Part shown: piece after piece, positions 54,816 through 63,092 of the stretch
How positions within the stretch are numbered: position 1 is the stretch's first letter
Layout of the letters: every line of letters begins with the position of its first letter
Assembly: GCA_902475415.1 (NCBI GenBank)
Contig: CABRZK010000001.1
Location: forward strand, 1 to 63,092
Origin: an uncultured Eubacterium sp.
Lineage (GTDB): Bacteria; Bacillota; Clostridia; Lachnospirales; Lachnospiraceae
Reading direction: 5' to 3'
DNA length: 63,092 nt
Position numbers and translations under genes: made by a program
Notes under the pieces: model-generated
Databases searched by the model: none
The model's input: only the letters and a program-made list of their open reading frames with translations
Told to the model about the DNA's origin: nothing

Positions 54816-56715
54816 TAATAAAAAACGTATGTCTGCAGCAAAAGATACAAAAGGAACCGTGAAACGTCTCCTTGGATATCTGAGCGCATATAAATTTCGT
54901 TTTATTTTTGTAGTTATCTGTATTGCGATTTCTGCCGCAACAGTTGCTTACTCCGCAGTATTTATCCAGGATCTGATCGATGATTATATCACACCGTTGC
55001 TGACACAGTCCCAGATTGATTTTACCGGTCTGAAACAGTATCTGATAAAAGTTGCAATAATCCTGTTTGCAGGTGCAGTAGCTGCTTATCTGTATAACCG
55101 TTTTATGGTTGTCATCGGACAGGGAATTTTGAAAAAAATCCGTGATGAGATGTTTTCCCACATGCAGAAATTGCCGATCCGGTATTTTGATACCCATGCA
55201 CATGGCGATATCATGAGTCATTATACCAACGATACCGATACATTGCGCCAGATGATCTCGCAGAGTATCCCGCAGCTGATGAACTCTGTTATGACGATCG
55301 TGGTTGTATTTATTTCCATGCTGAGCATCAGTTTCTGGCTGACACTGATCGTTGTTGTTTTTGTTTTTATCATTCTGAAAGTAATTGGTTCTGTGGCTGG
55401 TCGAAGTGGAAAATACTTTATCAAGCAACAGGTTTCTCTGGGCGACGTAAATGGTTATGTGGAGGAGATGATGAACGGGCAGAAAGTTGTCAAAGTATTC
55501 TGCCATGAGGAGCAGGCAAAGGCCGGATTTGATCTGAAAAACGGAGAACTCTGCGTCAATGCGACAAAGGCGAACTCTTATGCAAATATTCTGATGCCAA
55601 TCCTGAACAACATCGGATTTATCCTTTACGTTGTTGTAGCAATCGTAGGTGGAGCACTTGGTATCAGCGGTGTGATAAACATCAGCCTGACAGGAGTCAG
55701 TGTACTGACACTTGGTGCCATCGCATCTTTTCTGCAGTTATCAAGAAGCTTTGTAAACCCGATCAGTCAGGTTTCCCAGCAGTTAAACTTCGTTGTAATG
55801 GCCATCGCCGGTGCAGAGCGTATTTTTGAACTCCTGGATGAAGAAGTAGAAGAGGATGAGGGAAATATCACTCTGGTTCGTGCAGAGAAAAACGGTGATG
55901 TTCTGACAGAGTGTATACAGCGTACCGGTCACTGGGCATGGAAAGTGCCGCAGGCAGACGGAAGTACAGAACTGGTTGAGATGCTTGGACATGTGGAATT
56001 CCATGACGTAGACTTTGGTTATGTACCGGAGAAAACTGTTTTACATGATATTACGCTGTATGCAGAACCGGGACAGAAAGTAGCATTTGTAGGTGCAACC
56101 GGAGCCGGAAAAACAACCATCACAAACCTGATCAACCGTTTCTATGATATTCAGAAAGGTACGATCACATATGATGGACTGGATATCGGACGTATCAAAA
56201 AAGCAGACCTTCGTCGTTCTCTCGGCGTGGTTCTTCAGGATGTCAACCTGTTTACCGGAACGGTAATGGAAAATATCCGTTATGGTAAACTGGATGCGAC
56301 AGATGAGGAATGTATCGCAGCAGCAAAACTGGCAAACGCAGACGGATTTATCCGTATGCTGCCGAATGGCTATGATACAGTACTTTCCGGTGACGGAAGC
56401 GGCTTATCCCAGGGACAGAGACAGCTGATCTCTATTGCTCGTGCGGCAGTTGCAGATCCGCCTGTTATGATTCTGGATGAGGCAACTTCTTCCATCGATA
56501 CGAGAACAGAAGCCATTGTTCAGCGTGGTATGGATGCTCTGATGAAGGGACGTACCGTATTTGTTATCGCTCACAGACTTTCTACAGTACAGAACTCTGA
56601 CGTTATCATGGTTCTGGAGCAGGGTCACATTATCGAGCGAGGCAGTCACGAGAAACTGATCGAAGAAAAAGGAAAATATTATCAGCTTTATACCGGTGCT
56701 TTTGAGCTGGAGTAA
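54805..56715 (+). CDS. Heterodimeric ABC exporter, consensus subunit
   Basis: TMD plus NBD; GATGAGKT, LSQGQRQ, LDEATS, IAHRLST. Confidence 0.92.
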   Translation: MSSNNKKRMSAAKDTKGTVKRLLGYLSAYKFRFIFVVICIAISAATVAYSAVFIQDLIDDYITPLLTQSQIDFTGLKQYLIKVAIILFAGAVAAYLYNRFMVVIGQGILKKIRDEMFSHMQKLPIRYFDTHAHGDIMSHYTNDTDTLRQMISQSIPQLMNSVMTIVVVFISMLSISFWLTLIVVVFVFIILKVIGSVAGRSGKYFIKQQVSLGDVNGYVEEMMNGQKVVKVFCHEEQAKAGFDLKNGELCVNATKANSYANILMPILNNIGFILYVVVAIVGGALGISGVINISLTGVSVLTLGAIASFLQLSRSFVNPISQVSQQLNFVVMAIAGAERIFELLDEEVEEDEGNITLVRAEKNGDVLTECIQRTGHWAWKVPQADGSTELVEMLGHVEFHDVDFGYVPEKTVLHDITLYAEPGQKVAFVGATGAGKTTITNLINRFYDIQKGTITYDGLDIGRIKKADLRRSLGVVLQDVNLFTGTVMENIRYGKLDATDEECIAAAKLANADGFIRMLPNGYDTVLSGDGSGLSQGQRQLISIARAAVADPPVMILDEATSSIDTRTEAIVQRGMDALMKGRTVFVIAHRLSTVQNSDVIMVLEQGHIIERGSHEKLIEEKGKYYQLYTGAFELE

Positions 56716-56991
56716 AATGTTCTTGTCATAACAATACTCCTCGTATAAATAATAAATCTTGTGCGACATTTTCTGGTGAGCCAAATTGTGAAACAAGATT
56801 TTCGTAGGTACAATCTGGAAATTGATTCACATACTCTTCTAAATTTGCACGAAGCTTTGACATATATAAATAGTAATGATAGTATAAAATCATCGAAGAA
56901 GAGGGGGAGTTCATTGGAGAAGGTCAACACGAAACGCGCTAAACTCATTCAAACTTTTTTGTATAAGTGAAATCATAATTGGGGGCTGTTT

Positions 56992-57735
56992 ATGAGGAAA
57001 AAAATTATAAGAATTATCATTGTAGCATGCTTTGGAACTATTTTATGGTTCAGCGGATATGCACATGCGCAGAAAAGTTTTTTCATCTGGGATGAGGGGT
57101 ATGTGGCAGGAGCTGTGGATGAGAAAATAAGTATAGCATTTACATTTTTGACTCCCAATCAAAACTTAGCAGGAACTTTGGAGTCGGTTTCATTTCCGGA
57201 TGATTCGTATATAATAGTAGAGGATGTTCAGGTTTCAAAGATGGAGACGAGATATCAATGGTATCGGTTTTACGGTATTATATTGAATATCAGGTTAAAG
57301 GAACCCGGTGAAATGAAAACAGACTCAGTTATTTTACATTACACCAATGGAATGGAAGAAAAATATGTCCTGGGGGACTGGGTATATGACATTGGAACTG
57401 CAGATGACGAGGGAATCAACACCTGGGAATCTGTGGCGGCATCATCGTCATCCACGGAGTTTGCATATGATTATATCTGTGAGAAGGACGGCATCGATTC
57501 GTGCCAGATCTATACCGGAATTGCTGATCCTGCAGATGCAGAACGAAAAAATAACGAAACGTTTTCAGGAACCATTGATATCAGCAAGTCCGAAGCACCT
57601 TTAAAATATGTCCGCTCCAAAATTGTATATGAGAAGGATGGACAGGAGAAAGTAACATATGGAAAGGGATGCTATTGCGGTGGAATGGGACTGACCAAAG
57701 AAGGTATTGAACTGTCCCGGAAGCACAATCAGTAA
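56992..57735 (+). CDS. Exported hypothetical protein
   Basis: Signal-peptide-like N-terminus ending AHA; 247 aa. Confidence 0.7.
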   Translation: MRKKIIRIIIVACFGTILWFSGYAHAQKSFFIWDEGYVAGAVDEKISIAFTFLTPNQNLAGTLESVSFPDDSYIIVEDVQVSKMETRYQWYRFYGIILNIRLKEPGEMKTDSVILHYTNGMEEKYVLGDWVYDIGTADDEGINTWESVAASSSSTEFAYDYICEKDGIDSCQIYTGIADPADAERKNNETFSGTIDISKSEAPLKYVRSKIVYEKDGQEKVTYGKGCYCGGMGLTKEGIELSRKHNQ

Positions 57736-57876
57736 AATGTAACAAATTTATTGTACCAATTCTTGAGAATTGGTTGTCAATTTTTTCTATAACAACATCA
57801 GAATATATAAAAAGGAGATCCTGCATGAATTGGCTTTCATGTGGGATCCCTTTTTAAATGGTATCAATACGCTATA

Positions 57877-58089
57877 TTAGTCATCAATGCCAACAATGAC
57901 ATTGCTTGCCTTGATAATTGCGTAAGCTTCTTTTCCAACCTCGAGACCAAGCTCTTTGATGGAAGCCATTGTGATGGTAGAACTGATGATGTTGCCACCA
58001 CCGATGTCGATTTTTACAATACCGTTTACTGCACCTGTTTCAATAGCAACAACAGTACCTTTTAACTGATTTCTTGCACTGAGTTTCAT
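57877..58089 (-). CDS. TOBE-domain molybdate-binding protein (Mop/molbindin)
   Basis: MKLSARNQLKG...ITMASIKELGL...IIKASNV. Confidence 0.92.
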   Translation of the reverse strand: MKLSARNQLKGTVVAIETGAVNGIVKIDIGGGNIISSTITMASIKELGLEVGKEAYAIIKASNVIVGIDD

Positions 58090-58371
58090 ACTATATATCC
58101 ATCCCGATTATGTTAATGTACGCCCGGAATCTTTGGAATAAAAAGTCCGGGCGCGTTTTTTGCGTATTTATTATAAACGAATGATGCAGTTTATGACAAG
58201 TTAATTTATTTCTGCGATACAGATTGCTATTTTATCTCTGCAAATATATACTGAAGTTAATGGCAATTGTGCACGACAAGAAGTGTTTCACAAAATATGA
58301 AGCGTTTCCCGCTTGGAAGATATTGGTCAGATGCACGTAGACATGTATTTTTGAAAGGAAAAAATGAAATT

Positions 58372-59394
58372 ATGAGATATCCGGAATTTTTAAAAAAGAA
58401 TGGCTGCATTGGATTTGTGGCGCCATCCTTTGGATGCAATATTGAACCGTATAAAACCGCTTTTGGACATGCGTTGGATAACTTTGAAAAAATGGGTTAT
58501 CGGACAGAACTGGGTCCGAACTGTTATGAGGGTTGTGGCATCGGCATCAGCAATACACCGGAAAAATGTGGGCAGGAGCTGATGGAGTATTATTGTAATG
58601 AAACAAGCGACGTGTTGATTTCCTGCGGCGGCGGTGAACTGATGTGCGAGGATCTTCCCTATGTGGATTTTGAAAAAATCCGCCAGGCAAAGCCAAAGTG
58701 GTATCTGGGCTATTCCGACAATACGAATATGACCTTTCTGTTGACGACACTTTGTGACGTGGCATCCGTCTATGGACCATGTGCGGCAGCTTTTGGGATG
58801 GAGCCCTGGCATCCGGCGATTCAGGATGCGTTTGATGTGCTGACCGGACAGAAATTGACTGTCAAAGGCTATGACCTGTATGAAAAAGAAGGATTAAAAG
58901 ACGAAGAAAATCCGCTGGTGCCGTACAATGTGACGGAGCCTTGCATTCGCAAAAAAGTGCCGGATGCAGATATTGCCATAGAAGGTCGTCTGATCGGAGG
59001 CTGTCTGGACGTACTGACACTGCTTCTTGGTACAAAATATGATAAAGTACAGGAATTTACAGAACGTTATCAAGAAGACGGAATTATCTGGTTTATCGAA
59101 GCCTGCGATCTTAATGTCATGGGAATTCGTCGTGCATTATGGCAGATGGAACAGGCAGGCTGGTTCGGACATGTGAAAGGCTTTCTGATCGGTCGCCCTT
59201 ATTGCAATGGAGAAGAATTTCTGGGACTGGATCAGTATGAGGCAGTGACGGGAATTCTCGGAAAATATAACGTACCGATTCTTATGGATCTGGATATCGG
59301 ACATATTCCACCGTCGATGCCGCTGATCTGCGGAAGCTACGCAAAAGTGACTTCTGTGGGAAATGACGTGGAGGTGGAGATGTTATTGAAATAA
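58372..59394 (+). CDS. S66-family LD-carboxypeptidase (LdcA/MccF-like)
   Basis: GFVAPS, GYSDNT, GRLIGGCL, DIGH. Confidence 0.88.
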   Translation: MRYPEFLKKNGCIGFVAPSFGCNIEPYKTAFGHALDNFEKMGYRTELGPNCYEGCGIGISNTPEKCGQELMEYYCNETSDVLISCGGGELMCEDLPYVDFEKIRQAKPKWYLGYSDNTNMTFLLTTLCDVASVYGPCAAAFGMEPWHPAIQDAFDVLTGQKLTVKGYDLYEKEGLKDEENPLVPYNVTEPCIRKKVPDADIAIEGRLIGGCLDVLTLLLGTKYDKVQEFTERYQEDGIIWFIEACDLNVMGIRRALWQMEQAGWFGHVKGFLIGRPYCNGEEFLGLDQYEAVTGILGKYNVPILMDLDIGHIPPSMPLICGSYAKVTSVGNDVEVEMLLK

Positions 59395-59531
59395 AAAGTG
59401 TAGTGTACAGTGATTCTGAGAAAAAGAAGCTGTTACAATGAGAAAAGTACGTTCAGAAACTTTTCAGTATAGAGAGTTATCGATATTTGGAAAAGATTCA
59501 AGGATATTCCTGAAACAAAGAGGGAGAAGAG

Positions 59532-60645
59532 ATGAAAAAAGAAGGATTTAAAAAATACTAGAAAAAAGCAACGGCAGTCTTACTGGCGGCCTGGATGGTA
59601 TGTGGACTGTTTGGGACAGTATCTGCCTGGGCACAGGATGGAACTGCTTCCGGAGCTACGACATTTGATGTAAAAATTGTGCATACCAATGATATTCATG
59701 CGAGGGTGGAAGAGGATGATTATAATCAGGTAATCGGCATGGACCGGTTGAGTGGAATTGCGCAGAAATTTACTGAAGAGGCAGACGGATCCCTGATGCT
59801 GGATTCCGGTGATACGTTTCACGGTCAGTCGATTGCGACACTGGTAAAAGGCGAATCTGTAGCAAAATTAATGAAAACCTGCGGATATGATGCAATGACC
59901 ACGGGAAACCATGACTGGAGTTATGGCAAAGATCGGTTAAAAGAACTGGGGCAGATTGCCAATGTCAAAATTTTGTCCGGAAATGTCGTGAATGCAGACG
60001 GAACAGTTCATGTGGATTATCAGAAAACCACCGTTGATTACGCGGAGGCACAGAACTATGACAAAGATGCTTCTGTGACAGCCATATTAGACGAAATCAA
60101 AGCAGAAAATGCGACAGAACTGAACCGTGTCATCGGTATCTCTCCAGCAGAATTAGACGGTGTGTGGGAGCACATCCGCATCGGACAGACAAATCTTGGA
60201 AATGTAATAACAGACGCATATCTGCTTGCCACAGGCGCGGACGTGGCCTTTGAAAATGCCGGTGGAATCCGCTCTTCCATAGCAGCAGGAACTGTCACCT
60301 ATGGGGATGTGATCAATGTCAGCCCATATGGAAATTATGTGGTCACAAAAGGGCTGACCGGTGCACAGATCCGGGAAATGCTGGAGACAAGCATTACGAT
60401 TCAGAAAAACTGTATTGTGGCTAATGACAGTGGTGAGTGGGATGCATGGCCAAATGACAGTGGAAGTTATCTGCAGGTTGGCGGTATTACCGTCAGCTAT
60501 GATCCGGCGCAACCGGAAGGAGAACGTGTCCTTTCTGTTAAAAAAGATGGACAGGAGTTGGATAATTCTAAAATATATACAGTAGCAGTAAACAACTATC
60601 TGGCAGATTCCGATTCTTATCCGCAGCTGGCGGAAGCATCGGAAA
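59532..60645 (+). pseudogene. Secreted 5'-nucleotidase / metallophosphoesterase, disrupted
   Basis: TAG at codon 10 (59559); HTNDIH, LDSGD and GNHD present but the rest of the metallophosphoesterase domain is missing after about 60003; 5'-nucleotidase C-domain NAGGIRS follows. Confidence 0.8.
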
Positions 60646-60926
60646 TTGACAACGACACCGGTAAGGATGGCAATGACAAAGATGGCGTAAATGCTGAGAA
60701 GAACAGAGCAGATTTTGCCAATTAAAGTAACTGCGACGAGATCACCGAATCCGGCGGTAGAAACGACAGCATAGCAATACCAGAGCGCATCACCGTAATT
60801 ATTGATATCTGGTTCGATAAACTGAATCACAGCGGCGATGACAAATAGAAAAATGATAAATCCAAAAAGGATTTTGTCTGCGCGGGTTCGTTTTAAGATG
60901 CCCCATAAGATTCTTAATTTTTTCAT
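60643..60926 (-). pseudogene. Potassium-channel-family (2TM) protein, 3'-truncated
   Basis: DALWYCYAVVSTAGFGD pore motif; after VVVNF the frame runs into antisense nucleotidase sequence. Confidence 0.75.
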
Positions 60927-61035
60927 GCAGAGAAACCTCCTGAAATAAGTATATATCAAAGAAAAGATGCTTTAAGTATAATATATTGTGAAAGCAGGGG
61001 CAATAACAACGGAATTACGTTTTGTAAAATAACGA

Positions 61036-61146
61036 GGCTGTCGCCGTATAATAAAAAAGAAGAAATCATATCTTAGTGAGCGAGCTCCCACGATATGATT
61101 TCTTCTTTTTTATTGCATGGCTTGTATCTTATCCAAAGTATCTCTT
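61036..61146. repeat. 111-bp direct repeat, copy 1 (terminator hairpin and rubrerythrin 3' end)
   Basis: Matches 62982-63092 with two mismatches; contains the 23-bp stem AATAAAAAAGAAGAAATCATATC. Confidence 0.92.
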
Positions 61147-61671
61147 TAACAGGCCTTCGAATGCTTTGCCGTGGCGAGCCTCATCGCGAGCCATCTCATG
61201 AACGGTGTCATGGATTGCGTCAAGGTTTGCAGCTTTTGCACGTTTTGCAAGGTCAAATTTACCTTCTGTTGCGCCGTGCTCAGCGTCTACACGCATCTCA
61301 AGGTTTTTCTTTGTGCTGTCTGTAACAACTTCACCAAGTAACTCAGCGAATTTAGCAGCATGCTCAGCTTCTTCGTAAGCAGCTTTCTCCCAGTATAAAC
61401 CGATTTCCGGATAACCTTCTCTGTGAGCAACTCTTGCCATTGCCAGATACATACCAACTTCAGAGCACTCGCCTTCGAAGTTTGCTCTTAAGTCAGCCAG
61501 GATATCTTCGCTGACACCCTGTGCAACGCCTACAACGTGCTCAGCTGCCCATACTTTTTCGCCGGATTGCTCTTTGAATTTCTCTGCCGGAGCTTTACAG
61601 ATTGGACAGACTTCCGGAGCTGCCTCGCCTTCATAAACATAACCGCATACTGTACATACAAATTTTTTCAT
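61129..61671 (-). CDS. rbr: Reverse rubrerythrin (NADH peroxidase)
   Basis: N-terminal rubredoxin CTVC..CPIC; di-iron motifs EAEH and EARH. Confidence 0.93.
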   Translation of the reverse strand: MKKFVCTVCGYVYEGEAAPEVCPICKAPAEKFKEQSGEKVWAAEHVVGVAQGVSEDILADLRANFEGECSEVGMYLAMARVAHREGYPEIGLYWEKAAYEEAEHAAKFAELLGEVVTDSTKKNLEMRVDAEHGATEGKFDLAKRAKAANLDAIHDTVHEMARDEARHGKAFEGLLKRYFG

Positions 61672-61694
61672 ACTATTTTCGTCCTTTCTAAAAT

Positions 61695-61748
61695 GATAAT
61701 GATTATTGTTATTGAAATTAATATAGCATGTAACGTCTGATTTGTCAA
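61695..61748 (-). promoter_or_regulatory. rbr promoter with a Fur/PerR-like box
   Basis: Minus strand TTGACA-N17-TATATT with TG extension; GATAATGATTATTGTTATT at 61695-61713 matches the Fur box at 15/19. Confidence 0.6.
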
Positions 61749-61871
61749 TAAAATTATAAGGAATTTTTAGAAAATTTATTCATATGTTTATACAAAGCGG
61801 CAGGCTCAGAGATTGTTCATATGGACGGGAGAATTTCAGGAGCATGGAAAGATGTGCAGGAGGGTAAAACA

Positions 61872-62978
61872 GTGCCCGGATATCAGAGATTTGTGACATA
61901 TATGTTTCGATATGAAAATGGAAGAAAACAGGAAAACTGCGGATTTGCAAAGGTAGAGATAAGACATCAGGAGTGCAGGATTCAGATACAACTGAAAGGT
62001 GTTCAGGGAGAACATCTGGAGGTATATCTGCTGAATGAAAATGCGGAATTTCCGGTTGGATTGTTGTTGGGGATGATGTCGGTTCATGATGGTACTGCAG
62101 GAGGTGTATTTCGCTGTGAGGAAAGTCATATTATAAATTCAAAATACGGAATACATGATATTCGTGGAATCTATATCGCAAATGATGGATATGATTTTTA
62201 TGCAAGCCAGTGGGATGATCAACAGACCCGGTGGGAAAATTTCAAGGTATGGAAGCCTGATATGGAGAAACCAGAGGCGGATATAACAAAAGAAAACACA
62301 GAGGATCGATCAGTTTTACAGAATAATGAGTCAGTATCCGGGCAGCAGAAGCTTAATGACAGAGAAGGAACGGGGAAACATTTCGATTCACAGAGTAATG
62401 AATCCGTGGCTTTGAAGAAAGATGAGGGAGATATTATAAAAGAGGCAGATCAGAAAGAGATCATGCATGTTGAATCCGATAAAAGCACGGAAAATCAAAA
62501 TGTGGAACATGACAGGATGGAAGATCAAAAAGAACTGCAGGCGACACAGCAGAATGAAAATGTTTCTGCTGAACAGTTTGTTTCTGCAGAACCTGCAGGG
62601 CAGATGTTGTCAGGATGGGAGATGCAGTGGAAGCGTTTTACGGCAGCACATGCAATGTTTTGTCCTTTTGATGAAGATGATGGTGTATATGGAGTAAAAT
62701 TGAAAATGCAGGATTTTCAGGTTCTTCCAAAACGATATCATTATCTGGCAAACAATAGTTTTTTGTTGCATGGTTATTATAATTATCAAATGATTTTGTT
62801 TGGATATATGGATGGAAAAGAAAAACAGTGGTTTCTTGGGGTTCCCGGTGTGTTTTCCAATCAGGAGCAATTGTTGGCCGGAATTTTTGGATTTCCGGAA
62901 TTCCGGACAAAGCAGGTAACACGGCAGAAAACAGGCGAGTTCGGATATTGGTACAGATACCTGGATATGAAAAAATAA
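61872..62978 (+). CDS. Conserved hypothetical protein (DUF6128-like) with acidic linker
   Basis: GYQRFVTYMFRYE..NCGFAKVE, NSFLLHGYYNY, LGVPG, FGYWY; GTG after AGGAGG. Confidence 0.75.
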   Translation: MPGYQRFVTYMFRYENGRKQENCGFAKVEIRHQECRIQIQLKGVQGEHLEVYLLNENAEFPVGLLLGMMSVHDGTAGGVFRCEESHIINSKYGIHDIRGIYIANDGYDFYASQWDDQQTRWENFKVWKPDMEKPEADITKENTEDRSVLQNNESVSGQQKLNDREGTGKHFDSQSNESVALKKDEGDIIKEADQKEIMHVESDKSTENQNVEHDRMEDQKELQATQQNENVSAEQFVSAEPAGQMLSGWEMQWKRFTAAHAMFCPFDEDDGVYGVKLKMQDFQVLPKRYHYLANNSFLLHGYYNYQMILFGYMDGKEKQWFLGVPGVFSNQEQLLAGIFGFPEFRTKQVTRQKTGEFGYWYRYLDMKK

Positions 62979-62981
62979 AGG

Positions 62982-63092
62982 GGCTGTCACCGTATAATAA
63001 AAAAGAAGAAATCATATCTTAGTGAGCGAGCTCCCATGATATGATTTCTTCTTTTTTATTGCATGGCTTGTATCTTATCCAAAGTATCTCTT
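62982..63092. repeat. 111-bp direct repeat, copy 2 (runs off the window end)
   Basis: Copy of 61036-61146. Confidence 0.92.

Noticed and set aside
56726..56914. 62-aa minus-strand ORF (YENLVSQFGSPENVA)
   Set aside because: Possibly a fragment of a small conserved gene, but there is no convincing start or RBS, so it is not called.
58121..58180. Molybdenum cofactor riboswitch or ModE box upstream of the TOBE gene
   Set aside because: Only a simple hairpin and a weak palindrome; no recognisable consensus.

Overview
Chromosomal origin region of a low-GC Firmicute, most likely Lachnospiraceae (inferred from gene content). It contains the conserved parB-parA...rsmG-mnmG-mnmE-jag-yidC-yidD-rnpA-rpmH | dnaA-dnaN-yaaA-recF-gyrB-gyrA cluster, five perfect parS palindromes and a tRNA-Arg(CCT). 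The most striking feature lies at the left end, about 19 kb from dnaA: an intact plasmid-type Rep_3/RepB initiator gene (935-2134) with no integrase, relaxase or other mobile gene next to it in the window. It is enclosed by two large arrays of one iteron-like motif (core GACATTTA, consensus ACGGACATTTATGGGA) in opposite orientations. The canonical oriC looks eroded: neither dnaA-flanking intergenic region has a perfect TTATCCACA, and the DnaA-trio tract is degenerate. Together these suggest (inference) a domesticated plasmid-like chromosomal replicator. Right of gyrA is an accessory region with a decayed reductive pyrimidine-utilisation gene set, an Rpn nuclease with an internal in-frame start, a LysR-controlled flavin oxidoreductase/SnoaL/MFS island, a 2-oxoacid:ferredoxin oxidoreductase operon, a MarR-ABC exporter and rubrerythrin, whose 3' end is duplicated at the window end. 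Product calls come from recognisable motifs; no database searches were run.
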